IMG/VR virus record: IMGVR_UViG_3300001592_001590
Source of the DNA: an uncultured virus (IMG/VR IMGVR_UViG_3300001592_001590)
Taxonomy: Duplodnaviria; Heunggongvirae; Uroviricota; Caudoviricetes
Reading direction: 5' to 3' (one strand)
Length of the DNA: 20,000 nucleotides
Positions 1 to 9,656 of this stretch are shown piece after piece; position 1 is the stretch's first letter; every line of letters begins with the position of its first letter. Both the position numbers and the translations under genes were made by a program. The notes beneath the pieces are model-generated. The model ran no database searches, was not told where the DNA came from, and worked only from the letters and a program-made list of their open reading frames with translations.

Positions 1-215
1 TCCCGGGCATGGGCCCTTTCGCCACTGTTCAGCTGTTGGTCCCAACCCGATTCCTCGAGTTGGCACTTCCAGCTGTTCCAGTCCGCAAACCCTTGCATCC
101 GGGCCAGTGTGTCGAGAGCTTGGCCGTGGCACAGCGTGAGACTTTGAGTCGTCAGCGCTTTTTCAAGGCTGCGGGCCAGCTTGGTTGCTTGGCGGGTATT
201 GAATGCAAAAAACAT
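1..215 (-). CDS. Glyoxalase-superfamily-like small domain protein (partial, runs off left edge)
   Basis: Not in ORF track. Minus strand reads MFFAFNTRQATKLARSLEKALTTQSLTLCHGQALDTLARMQGFADWNSW..., with AAGGA upstream of ATG 215. The H.QALD.LAR..GF.DWN pattern is typical of this plasmid/phage domain. Confidence 0.65.
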   Translation of the reverse strand, partial: MFFAFNTRQATKLARSLEKALTTQSLTLCHGQALDTLARMQGFADWNSWKCQLEESGWDQQLNSGERAHAR

Positions 216-464
216 AGCTGATTCCTTCATGGTGTTCGCACGGGGCGAAACACGTTCAGTTCGTGTGAGTTGCCTGCGTTACTCGGTTCGCCTCGTGCAA
301 AGACAAGGGTTTCAGCCGAGAGGGTTTCCTAAATTGCTGCTTAATTCACCATCGTGCAAAGCACGGCAGGCGGCAGGCGGCAGCGCAGCGCCTTGGCAAT
401 AGGTGTAGCGAACGCGCCCGGGCGCGGCGCAGCGGGGGAGCACAGGCGATGCGATGCTGGAAAT

Positions 465-493
465 AAAAAACCGCTGCCTAAAAAGACAGCGGT
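465..493 (-). terminator. Intrinsic terminator
   Basis: Minus strand ACCGCTGTCT-loop-AGGCAGCGGT followed by a T run, just downstream of the stop at 510. Confidence 0.75.
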
Positions 494-509
494 AATCAAA
501 GGGTGGGCG

Positions 510-888
510 TTATTCGGCGCTCAGCGCGCACGTCACTTGCAAAAGCACGTCGCCGGCAAGCTCACAGTCGAAATCAGCGATACAGGCGCCCACGGGGCGG
601 AACTCACAATGTTGCAGCGCCACCTCGAAGTCAAACGCCGTGGCCTGGATGTGGCCAACGATGGCGGATTGACCGCGGGTGACCGTCGTCCAGGGGAACC
701 CGGACCGTGAAGGTCACCGGTCCGTCGTCGCTGTTCAGGTACGGGGCGCAGTATTCCTTCGTCAGCTTGCGAGGAATGCAGTAGGGGATGTGCTCGCGGC
801 CTTCGTAGCGGCAGATGTAGCGGCGGTCGCCTTTGAGCGACTGCAGGGTAAAGAAGCCGATGTCGTTGGGCGGCAGGTAGGGTGTCAT
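510..888 (-). CDS. Hypothetical protein (~125 aa, one apparent +1 frameshift near 684)
   Basis: MTPYLPPNDIGFFTL...VRVPLDD continues, after removing one base, as VTRGQSAIVGHIQATAFDFEVALQHCEF...LSAE-TAA (510-512), immediately followed by a terminator. Confidence 0.55.
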
Positions 889-992
889 CTTGTGGCCTTG
901 TGGAAAAAATGGTTCTCTCCTGTGTAGGCACACTCGCTCGTTGCCCCGGGATGGAGCGCAGCCCTTTGGCATGCCTGTCGTGCAGACAGTCC

Positions 993-1024
993 AAAAGAAA
1001 AGGTCGCTCACAAGAGCGACCTTT
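993..1024 (-). terminator. Intrinsic terminator
   Basis: Perfect 11-bp stem AAAGGTCGCTC/GAGCGACCTTT (999-1024) with a T-rich tail on the minus strand, after the 1047 stop. Confidence 0.8.
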
Positions 1025-1046
1025 GAATGAGATGTGAGAATCTCTT

Positions 1047-1352
1047 TTAGCGACGGCCCAAGGAAGGGATGCCACCAGAAAAAACGCGAACAGTGCGTGC
1101 GAAACGCGCTGCGTGCTCCTTCAGGTCTTTCACGTCCTCCCGGGCGAGGATGCGATTGACCAGACGCTCTTTTTCTTCGAAAGGAACCGAGTCAAAGCGG
1201 GAACGTTGACGGGCATGCTGTCGACGAACAGCGGCTTTCTCGATGCGCGCGATAGCTGCCTGAGCGTTGCGCTGGAGTTGAGCTTGACGCTCGCTCTCCA
1301 GGTAAGCTTCGTATTCGGCAGGGTTGCGAAAAACACGGATGAAGTCGCTCAT
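1047..1352 (-). CDS. Hypothetical protein, 101 aa, charged/helical
   Basis: ATG start, protein-like composition, followed by a terminator. Confidence 0.7.
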   Translation of the reverse strand: MSDFIRVFRNPAEYEAYLESERQAQLQRNAQAAIARIEKAAVRRQHARQRSRFDSVPFEEKERLVNRILAREDVKDLKEHAARFARTVRVFSGGIPSLGRR

Positions 1353-1444
1353 GATGACCTATCTAAAGAAGTTAAACCTTCTCCGTGTAGGCACCAAGAT
1401 ATAAAAGAGGGCCTGTCCGTCCGGCTATCGCGACCCCGTAACAG

Positions 1445-1474
1445 AAAAAAAACCGCAAGTTTTGAGACTTGCGG
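1445..1474 (-). terminator. Intrinsic terminator ending the 4469->1485 gene run
   Basis: CCGCAAGT/ACTTGCGG stem followed by T8 on the minus strand, 10 nt after the 1485 stop. Confidence 0.8.
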
Positions 1475-1484
1475 AGGGGTTCAA

Positions 1485-1928
1485 TCACAGTAGGTGGATG
1501 AGCCTTTTGTAGTGAGCCCATTGCAGCCCGTCCTCAAAGTGCGTGAGCACCAGGTGAGGCTGCTGAGGCGCCAAATAGTCGTCGTGGTCGTCCACGATGG
1601 CGTACTTCTCGACGTTGCCATGGCGCTCCAGCCAGGCAAGCACTTCGTGACCGCGGCTGTGGTCAGCCAGCGTGGGGGTGACGTCCAGGATGTCCAGCTC
1701 GAGCATCTCCTGAAGCTCTTGCCGGGTATGGCGTTCCCGCCAGCTGCTGCAAATCACCACCCGGGCCCCGGTCTCGAAACACAGCTTGCGCACCAGCCCG
1801 AGGGCAACAGCGTCAAGCTTGCTTGGGTCCGTGGGGTGTTGGGGGTCGACCGGGCCACCCTGGGCCACACAACTGCGGGTGCTCAGGAGCACCCCGTCGA
1901 TGTCCAGAAACAGAACTTTGATGCCCAT
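1485..1928 (-). CDS. HAD domain protein, Swiss Army Knife RNA-repair-like family (HAD_SAK_2)
   Basis: VLFLDIDGVL motif I, VVICSSWR, RGHEVLAWL and YAIVDD motifs. Confidence 0.85.
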   Translation of the reverse strand: MGIKVLFLDIDGVLLSTRSCVAQGGPVDPQHPTDPSKLDAVALGLVRKLCFETGARVVICSSWRERHTRQELQEMLELDILDVTPTLADHSRGHEVLAWLERHGNVEKYAIVDDHDDYLAPQQPHLVLTHFEDGLQWAHYKRLIHLL

Positions 1929-1936
1929 GCTGGGGC

Positions 1937-2305
1937 TCAGCTCTCGTACGGCTCGTCGGTTCGCAGCGCGTCAAGGTAGTCGTCCTGCGCGCGTTGGCCT
2001 TCGTTGCACGCAACAACGTAGCGGCTGCGCGCCTCATCGAGAATCGCTTTGCGCTTCTCATCGAGCAGATTGAAGGGAAACACCTGGGCGGGCTCCAGCC
2101 ACTGCGTGCCGGCCACGGTCAAGAGATAGCCTCGCGCATCGGCCTGGGCGGCCTGGAGGTTGGAGTGCACTTCAGACATCGACTCGTAGAAGTTGATGTT
2201 GTAGTACCAGAAGGGGTTCGGGCTGCGCACGTCCACGCAGTCAATGCCTCGTTCAGAGGCCTCAACAGTGAAGCCGGCTTGTCGCAGTTGTTCGATGGTT
2301 CTCAT
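1937..2305 (-). CDS. Hypothetical protein, 122 aa
   Basis: ATG 2305 (MRTIEQL...) preceded by AAGGA; stop 8 nt before the next gene in the run. Confidence 0.7.
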   Translation of the reverse strand: MRTIEQLRQAGFTVEASERGIDCVDVRSPNPFWYYNINFYESMSEVHSNLQAAQADARGYLLTVAGTQWLEPAQVFPFNLLDEKRKAILDEARSRYVVACNEGQRAQDDYLDALRTDEPYES

Positions 2306-2359
2306 GGGTTCCTTGATGGTTGATGTGCCTGTCAACGTCTAGGAACCGGCGCCCGCGCG

Positions 2360-3103
2360 CTATTTGAGCAAAAGCACGGTGCCGGAGAGGCTCACCGCGA
2401 CTTCCGTCTCCCCCGCCTCGGTGGGTAAAGGGGGCGCTCCCGCGACCATGGCCATGGACTTGACTGCCATAGGCAGACCCACCCGCGGACTCGCGTTCTC
2501 CTGCAGCTGCACGGACTGAACTTCTGCGCGGGAGTAGCCTAGGGCACGCGCCATCGCGTTGGCTTTGGTGCGGAAGTCGCTGCCCAGCCGGGTGCGCAGC
2601 GACTCTTGCACTTCGCGTCGCTTCTGTGGGGACAAAATGAACTCAAGGGACACCAGCTCAAAGCGGTTGGCCAGTTGCCCGGAGGTGGTCGACACCTTCT
2701 CGAACGAGGCCCCCTGAAGCACAATCTCTGCACGCACTTTCCAGCCCTGGGGGCGGCCCTTCTCGTCGTAGACCACATTGGTGCTCAAAGCCCCCGCGGA
2801 GGGCTCCAGTCCTGCTCCGGCCGCCTTGGCGGCCTGAAGCCCCTCTTGCGTGAGGGTCAGGGTTTGTCGGTTCAGCGCCCCCAGGTCTTTGCCCGAGCGC
2901 TCCACCGCCATGACCACCCGCATCGTGTCCGGGCGGACCGCTTCACGCACTTGTGCGTCCAGGGTCAGGGTCGGCGCGGGTGCATCGGATGCCGCAGCGG
3001 GGGCGCTGGCTTGCACCGCTTGAGCGCTCAGCGAGCAGCTCAGCGCCAGCGTGGCCACGAGCAGGGAGAGGGAAGAGGGCAGGGATTTCAGAGTGGCAGG
3101 CAT
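2360..3103 (-). CDS. SIMPL (DUF541) domain periplasmic protein
   Basis: Signal peptide (LLVATLALSCSLSAQA), then TLTLDAQVREAVRPD, FRTKANAMARALGY and EAGETEVAVSLSGTV, characteristic of SIMPL. Start chosen at MPATLKS. Confidence 0.85.
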   Translation of the reverse strand: MPATLKSLPSSLSLLVATLALSCSLSAQAVQASAPAAASDAPAPTLTLDAQVREAVRPDTMRVVMAVERSGKDLGALNRQTLTLTQEGLQAAKAAGAGLEPSAGALSTNVVYDEKGRPQGWKVRAEIVLQGASFEKVSTTSGQLANRFELVSLEFILSPQKRREVQESLRTRLGSDFRTKANAMARALGYSRAEVQSVQLQENASPRVGLPMAVKSMAMVAGAPPLPTEAGETEVAVSLSGTVLLLK

Positions 3104-3176
3104 AACGGGAAAAGGAGGGAGGTCTGGAGTGCGGGGAATGGCAGGGAACGGCAGGGAAACGGGTTCGTGAAGAACG

Positions 3177-3794
3177 TCAGGCCGGCGCATTGCCCGAGAG
3201 CCACCATTGCGCAAAGTCGCGCAGGTCGGTATGGATGGAGTCCGCCAACACCATTTCGGGGCCTTGGTTGGGCGAGCCCTCGGATTCACGCGTCACCAAG
3301 GCCACGTGCGTTCCCGCGCGAGGCACGCCTCGCAGGTAGGGCAAGAAGTCATCAACGAAGGCCACGGGGTTGAGCAGACTCAGGGCGTGCGCCTTGGGGC
3401 TGGGACCGGCATGCCCGCTGGCGCCGGGGGTGGCAATCACTTGTTCGACCGGAAAGCCGTGGCCAAGCAAATTGGCCCATCTGTCTTGCTCATGCTCCTG
3501 CGGCAAGGCGCTCACGACCACCAGGCGAAAGCCTGCCGCATGCAGTTGCATGCAAGCGTCCACCGCGCCGTCGATGGCAGGAATGGACGACCAAAATTCG
3601 CTGTCAAACTGGGCGCGGAACTGCGCCAACGCTTCACCGTCCAGCCAGGGCACACCCCAGCGGTCTTTGGCCCAATAAGCGTTGGGGTTAACCAGGTCCG
3701 GGTGCTCCCCAAACGCTCGCTGCCAAGCGCGGGCGTAGGCAAGGTTGTAGTCCAGCAACACGCCATCGGCGTCGAGAGCAATGGTTTTCTTCAT
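3177..3794 (-). CDS. HAD-superfamily hydrolase (5'-nucleotidase-like)
   Basis: IALDADGVLLD motif I, VVVSA motif II, K in GPSPK, FVDD motif IV. Confidence 0.85.
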   Translation of the reverse strand: MKKTIALDADGVLLDYNLAYARAWQRAFGEHPDLVNPNAYWAKDRWGVPWLDGEALAQFRAQFDSEFWSSIPAIDGAVDACMQLHAAGFRLVVVSALPQEHEQDRWANLLGHGFPVEQVIATPGASGHAGPSPKAHALSLLNPVAFVDDFLPYLRGVPRAGTHVALVTRESEGSPNQGPEMVLADSIHTDLRDFAQWWLSGNAPA

Positions 3795-3815
3795 GCCAAG
3801 GTGTAGCGCTTGTGG

Positions 3816-4469
3816 TTATCGCGCACGAAGCCGACCGTCGGCGTCGTACTTGGGGGTGAACTTAAACCCGTAGTCCTTGACCGAACGTGGGTAGGGCGTC
3901 CCCGTGGGACCCTGGCCTCGGTACGTGCCGATGCGAGGAGCCTTTTCCAGGCAGGCCTCGTAGCGGGGGTCCGCCTTGGCGCAGAGCACGCGCACGACGA
4001 TGTTGCCTTCCCCCGTTTGGGAAAAATTTTCCATGGTGCGCCAAGTGCCGGTTTGCCGCACTTCAATCACGTCCCCGCTTTTGAGCGCAGGCAGGTGGTC
4101 GGGAATGAGCGCCCCGGTTTGGAACAGGTACGAGCCCTCTTTCCAGACCCAGTTGCCCTGGCTGTGGTGCAGGTTCACCCGGGCCACCCGGTACAGGTAC
4201 TCTGGGGTGCCCTCCACAATGCCGTTGACGTAGAGAACATTTCGGCTCACCCTGTTGTAGCGGCCTGCGAAGTCCTCATCGAAGGCAATCATGGCGGCCA
4301 GGTGTCGCTCGCGCATGTCCGCCGGCAGGTCCTGCCCCATGTTGGCCACCGCATTGCCCACGTGGAGCATGGGAGACGCTCCGCACCCCGCCAGCGCGCC
4401 CGCCGCGCAGACGCCAGCCCACAGCGCCAGCTGGCGCAGGCCTCCCGATATGCCTCTAAAATTACGCAT
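3816..4469 (-). CDS. Putative lipoprotein of unknown function
   Basis: AAGGA RBS, N-terminal hydrophobic stretch ending in lipobox LAG-C. Confidence 0.75.
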   Translation of the reverse strand: MRNFRGISGGLRQLALWAGVCAAGALAGCGASPMLHVGNAVANMGQDLPADMRERHLAAMIAFDEDFAGRYNRVSRNVLYVNGIVEGTPEYLYRVARVNLHHSQGNWVWKEGSYLFQTGALIPDHLPALKSGDVIEVRQTGTWRTMENFSQTGEGNIVVRVLCAKADPRYEACLEKAPRIGTYRGQGPTGTPYPRSVKDYGFKFTPKYDADGRLRAR

Positions 4470-4563
4470 CTTATTTCCTTTTAACTAGAACATTTTAGCA
4501 TAGTGCAGGCCCGACGTCGAGAGGCTATACGCTTTAGGGCAACTTTTGGTAAGGGAAATTTAG

Positions 4564-5190
4564 ATGAAAGACTTAGGCTCCGCGAAGAATCGGCGCATCG
4601 TCGAGGTGTGTCGGGCTCGCCTGGCGCGCCTTCCCGTGGCAGGGCACAGCGCCTTGCGCTTTGACCCCTGGGTAGAGGGCTATCGCAACTACGTGTTTGG
4701 GGCTCGAGCCGGGCCCACGGTGTCGGTGACCTCGCTGTTTCACGAGCTGGCGCACGCCGCTCAGTTCGGGGCAGAAAAATTCCGCTACCGGGCGACAGAC
4801 CACGGGTTTCAGTTCAAGGTGCCGCGAAGGTTCATCTTCGACCGGTATTGCGATGAACCCCGCACGGGCCAAGCCACGCACCGTGAGCTTCAAACCTTTG
4901 CCTACCAGCTGCACTTGCTGCGCTTGGCTGGGCACAAGGTCGCCGATGAGCACTACATCCCGTATTGCGCCCGCCTGATGCGGTTCATGCACGACTGGTG
5001 CTTCATTCCCGGAAAAAGCGATGAAGCACGCGCGCGGTACTGCGCGCAAGTCATCGAGCGGGAATTCCACAGAGTGAGCGCCATGGAAGTCAGTGACCGG
5101 CTCGAAGGCTGGCTGGACGCCACCACCCGGCGCATGCGTCGAACCAAGACACCTCTGCAATCCCTGGGCGGCTACCTCGTTCAGGCCTGA
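4564..5190 (+). CDS. HExxH-motif protein (putative metal-dependent enzyme)
   Basis: LFHELAH motif plus a downstream Glu (HRELQ); AAGGG upstream; terminator downstream. Confidence 0.65.
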   Translation: MKDLGSAKNRRIVEVCRARLARLPVAGHSALRFDPWVEGYRNYVFGARAGPTVSVTSLFHELAHAAQFGAEKFRYRATDHGFQFKVPRRFIFDRYCDEPRTGQATHRELQTFAYQLHLLRLAGHKVADEHYIPYCARLMRFMHDWCFIPGKSDEARARYCAQVIEREFHRVSAMEVSDRLEGWLDATTRRMRRTKTPLQSLGGYLVQA

Positions 5191-5199
5191 TTTTGCAAC

Positions 5200-5225
5200 C
5201 CGCGCTCATTCGAGCGCGGTTTTTT
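5200..5225 (+). terminator. Intrinsic terminator
   Basis: CCGCGCTC-ATTC-GAGCGCGG followed by T6. Confidence 0.8.
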
Positions 5226-5284
5226 GTTCCCTGCGTTTTCGCTACACGGGGCATTGCAACGTTTGCCTTTAAGGACATCTCCCT

Positions 5285-5626
5285 ATGAACAAAAAAGAAC
5301 TTCTTCAACGCATTTTCCCTCAGGCCAGCGCAACCGTTCACGGGCGCGACGCCAGCGAAGTCAACGGGCTGCCCAAGGACACCGTGCCGCAGAACTGTGA
5401 CATCCTGGTCCGCGCGATTAACCGATGGGACGCTCAGCGCAAGCAAGAGCACTATCTGGTGCGTATCGACGGCGTGATGCTGTACCTTCGCGTGTGCACC
5501 GCCATGGCCGGCTCGGGCTACGACGAATACGCCGCCATTTTGCGGGTGTGCGGTCCCGAGGACAATCAGGCCGAGTTCGAGTCGCGCGTGCGTAGCTCCA
5601 TCGAGTCTATTTGCCGCGAGCGCTGA
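5285..5626 (+). CDS. Hypothetical protein, 113 aa
   Basis: TAAGGA RBS, ATG start, GC3-rich codons. Confidence 0.75.
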   Translation: MNKKELLQRIFPQASATVHGRDASEVNGLPKDTVPQNCDILVRAINRWDAQRKQEHYLVRIDGVMLYLRVCTAMAGSGYDEYAAILRVCGPEDNQAEFESRVRSSIESICRER

Positions 5627-5768
5627 GCCAGGCCCCAGACCCTCTTTCTTCATTCACCGGGACCGCTCATGCGGTCCCTTTCATTTGCATGCAGGTGGCG
5701 TCAAAAAGCCCCTCGTGGCGGGCCAGGAGGGGCTAGGAGAGGCCGGGAGGCCAGGGAGGTGGCCCGCT

Positions 5769-7377
5769 TCAGTTGGGGCTGCTCGGAGGCTTGGGGGTCG
5801 CGTCGCGAATCAAGGAACCTGCATTGTCCCGCACGAATTCCACCCGGTTTTGCTCGGTGTACTGGTCCACCCGAGGAATCATGCCGTTGGCGCTGGTACA
5901 CGATGCGAGCTTGGACTCTGGGCCGCAGTCCCCCATCACCGTTTCGCTGAAGCTGCTGAGCACCTTGTCGTTGCCCGGTGAGGCGGTGTGGAAGTCTCCC
6001 AAGGTGCGGGGGCTTTACCTGGGTCGTTTCAGCTTCTTGTTGTACTTGTCCAGGTCCTCCGGCTTGTAGATGCCCTTGTTGACCCGAACGTGACCCAACA
6101 GCACGGCAGGGCTGGCCGTAATCACCGAGCCCAGGTTGGCGCCGCCAATGACTGCCATGCTCAACCCCACATAGGCCGCTTCCACGGCCAAGGCGGACGT
6201 CAGCGAGGAGAACCCAGTCACCAGCCCCTGGTTGACCAAGAAAGTTCCGAAGGTACCCATCGTGGCACCCGTTGATGCCCCTGCGGTTGCACCCGTGCCC
6301 AGGCTCAGGCCCGAGATACCCGCTGCGGACAAGATGCCCGCCAAGGCGAAGCTGCCCAGCACACCCAGGATGAGCGCCCCCAGGAAGCTCAACCCGCTCT
6401 TCTTTTGGTAGTCGATTTCCCACTTGTCTTCGTGGTCGCTCAACGTGCCACCGTCAAACTCCTCAAAAGCTACCCCTGAGACAGCCGTCTCAAACCGTTG
6501 GCAATCGTCCCTGTCCGGGTCCGGCGCGCAAATGGCGGTGTACGTGTTCGAGGTCGAGCGCGACAGCACGTCCAAGGGCTGTGCGATGAACCACTTGGAT
6601 TTGGCATGGGCATACACCCAAGTCTCGATTTTCTTCTTGAACAAGCTGCTGGACTTCTTGGTGCGTTGCGACAAGCGGGTGTCCGCAACCGACACCAGAC
6701 CCAGAGGTGCCCCCGCCAAGCGCATGGCGTGCCCGATGGCCACCTGAGCGGCAGGCATGCTGATGTTCTTGAAGATGTCCGTTCCCGGCTCCAAGAAGCT
6801 CTGAAACGGGTTCACGCCGGCGGTCATGCCCGTTTTGTAGGAGTCTGGGTGGATATAGCTGCGGTTGGCCTTCCAGTGGTCCCCATGCGCGGGAGAGAAC
6901 ACCGCATGGTACAGCCCGGTTGTGCTTCCTTGGGCCGTGCGGCCCTTTTCCAGTTTGAACACGTCAATGCGCAAGGTGGCGTCCACGGGGTTGTAGCGGG
7001 CAAACACGTACGGCACGTTGGCGGGGAACAGGGTGTTTGCATTGGCCACGTCAGAGGCGCTCATGCCCAGGGCCAAGGCCGTGCGGTTGGCCAGCGAGAC
7101 GGCCTCGCTGCCGCCTTGGATGGCCGATGTGCCGGGGGTGGCCACTGTGGGCATGTCGGCTACCCGCTGCCACTGCAGCTTTGGATAGACCACCGGCACG
7201 CCACCGATTCGCACAGCGGCGCATCGGGCGTCAGTGCCTGAGTCCGCTGCGGCCGCGCTGCACGGGAAAGACTGGGCGTGGGCCAGGGAGGGCAGGGTGC
7301 TTGTGAGCACCAGGCTGACACTTACGACGGCGCTCAGCGCCCGCTTGACAGCGGCAGAAAACGAAATTGCGAATCAT
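5769..7377 (-). CDS. Large exported/membrane protein of unknown function (~530 aa, interrupted by probable sequencing indels)
   Basis: ORFs 6015..7310 and 5769..6002 are in the same frame. Removing one base from each of three short runs in CTGAAACGACCCAGGTAAAGC restores L-N-D-Q-V-S. ATG 7377 is one base out of frame with a signal peptide (...KRALSAVVSVSLVLTSTLPSLAHA). Long Gly/Ala-rich hydrophobic segment near the C-terminus. Confidence 0.7.
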
Positions 7378-7468
7378 TGGAGAGTCCCAGGTAGTCGGGT
7401 ATCCGCCGTATAGCGCCCGGGGCTATATGCGGGTGCTACACGCACTAAACCGCACTGAGGCTTGTTCC

Positions 7469-9497
7469 ATGTTCAAACTTTTCTCGACCCTCCTGGTCTG
7501 CCTGGTGGCAGTGGGCGCGCACGCACACGACCACCAGTCTCCCGTTCGCGTGACGCGCTCCAAGCAGCAAGGACGTGGCCTATGTCAGCCAGGAAGTCCT
7601 GCTGGCGGGCAGCTCCGCCACGTCAGTGTCGGTCGCGCCCCTGACGACCTCCAACTCGGGTTTTGGGCTCAGCCGCCTGTCCACCAAGTTCCCGGGCGCG
7701 CCGTTTGGCGCCATGCCTGTCATGTCCATCCCCAATCCGACCACGCAAACCGTGGCCCTGGAAGAAGCCGCGCGATGGGTCAAGGACGACTTGCCCGGGT
7801 TCCGTTCCCGCTATGGCGCTTGGCTCAAGCAAAAGGGCCTGTCCATGGGGTTTTTCAACTACACCCAGGAAATCACGGTCACCACGACCGTAGGCCCGAA
7901 GAAAAAGGCGGTGGCGTTTAACGCTACTTTTGACCTCAATGGCCGCCCCACCTATGGCAATGCCAAGATTGTGGACCCCGACCCGACCATCGTGGAGGCC
8001 ATGTACATTCCCCTGGCCACCGCCTCGGGCCTGCCCACGACCTGGAAGTATCCGGATGCGGGCAATATCAAGTGGCGCTTGCTCAATAAGAAGTACGAGC
8101 CATTGACCGGCTGGTTCACCGAGCCCACAGGGGGGGCCTTTGACACCCCAGAGGCCGACTCCACCTCTGACCAGGCGGTCAAGTGCCTGATGGACCTGCG
8201 CCACCCCGGTTGCTCGGGCCCGGTGGACATCCGCGCCCTCATGGACCGCGCCGGCGCCTCGTTTGCCATCGTCAACTACATCCGCAGCCTTACGCCCGTG
8301 TACGAAGAAGACGGCACGGACGAGCAGACCCCCAAGGCGGCCATCTCCGTGGACGAGCGCACCTGGAACTGCACCACGTACACCAACAAAGGCGCCTTTG
8401 GCTTTGTGCTCACGCTGATGGCGGACCAGTACCTGGCCGAGCCTTCCACGGAGCTCGTGAAGTTCCAGCTCTTGCAACAGTACGGGGGCAAAGGCGTGTC
8501 TCCCACCGAGCCCTATGAGAAATCCGTGCCCATCGCCACCCTGGCGGGCAAGCACCCGGANTCGGTCATCATCAGCCCCATGCCCGAGGACAACGCCNNG
8601 TGGCCCCGCTCGGACGCCAAGTTGATGAAGAACGTCATCTACGTGGCGCCCGTTATTGCCGTAGGCGGCAGCGGCGAAATCGGGGACGCTACTTTCTCCG
8701 GAGACATGACCGTGCGTCCGATTCCAGGCTCCGGCACCGACAAGGAATACTACATCGGCACCGTGGGGGACAACTACTGGGGCACAGGGCAATACGACCG
8801 CACGGTGAGCTTCAACCTGACCAGTCCCGAAACGTCCGAGATGTTCAGCATCGTCCAGACGGGCTTTGACGACCACATGCTGGTGGCGGTGAACGGCACC
8901 ACCGTGTACATCGGCGCGAACGGCGGCAACATGCTGGAGCTGGTGAACGGAACCCAAGAGCAGTCTTGTGTGCCCAATTCCGGCAGCTTTCTCTGCCAGT
9001 CCGCTTCGTCCACGTTCGTGACGCAGCCTACGACCCGCGAAGACGGAGACTGGTGCCCCGCAGGCACCCTCCTGAGCTCCGGGCCGCAAGGTGGTGGCTG
9101 CTACGCCACTACACAGCGCGCCTACAAATACTGCCAAGATAACACTTGGGGCGCCGACGGAGGCGGCGGCACCAGCTACACCTGTACCCAAGGTTGTGCC
9201 GCATCCATGGTGCAACATCTGTCCACTGGGGTGGGGTTTGGTCCGGGCTGCCTGCCCTTGGAGCGCGGCACGAGCTGGAACTTTCCGACCTCCATCGACT
9301 TGAAGCCCTACCTCAAGTCCGGGCCCAACGAAATCTTCATGCGCACCATCGTGGGCGGCGAAGGCGAAGGCTGGATTCGCGTGCGCACGCGCAGCTGCGG
9401 CTCCTCTTTGAACCTGGGCACCACCGCGCCTCCGCCGCCTCCTGGCACGGGCGAGGCTGGGGTGACGGACCGAATCAACGACGAGTCCAAGAACTGA
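7469..9497 (+). CDS. Secreted protein with C-terminal TraN-tip-like beta-sandwich domain (~675 aa, indels at 7518-7572)
   Basis: Signal peptide MFKLFSTLLVCLVAVGAHA at 7469 joins the 640-aa ORF through frameshifts. IGTVGDNYW, FDDHMLVAVNG, ERGTSWN, IDLKPYLK and VGGEGEGWIR resemble motifs I recall from IncC/SXT-type TraN. Confidence 0.6.
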
Positions 9498-9539
9498 GTC
9501 CGTGCCCGCGCCCTGCGGCACCGTGCAACGACCCTTCAG

Positions 9540-9564
9540 CGGCGCCCCGAGTGGGCGCCGTTTT
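9540..9564 (+). terminator. Intrinsic terminator
   Basis: CGGCGCCC-CGAGT-GGGCGCCG-TTTT after the 9497 stop. Confidence 0.75.
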
Positions 9565-9656
9565 CGTTCGTGCAGCTTGGACTGTGGCAGAGCGTTCCTG
9601 CCTAAATAGAGATTTTCAGGTGGTTGCTAAACAAAGAACAACCCATAGGACACATC

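Noticed and set aside
361..440. GGCAGGC-type short tandem repeats
   Set aside because: Only 2-3 degenerate copies in GC-rich sequence, with no spacer structure; not a CRISPR array or iteron set.
6015..6017. Stop-codon recoding suggested by in-frame stops at 6015 (TAA) and 19551 (TAG)
   Set aside because: The 6015 stop is explained by three compensating insertions. TAG is otherwise rare as a stop here and I saw no other in-frame TAG within genes, so there is no support for an alternative genetic code.
7623..9521. 632-aa antisense ORF and other long overlapping ORFs (e.g. 2606..3373, 12607..13455, 17172..18293)
   Set aside because: Shadow ORFs of GC-rich genes, with Arg/Gly/His-rich composition and no motifs.
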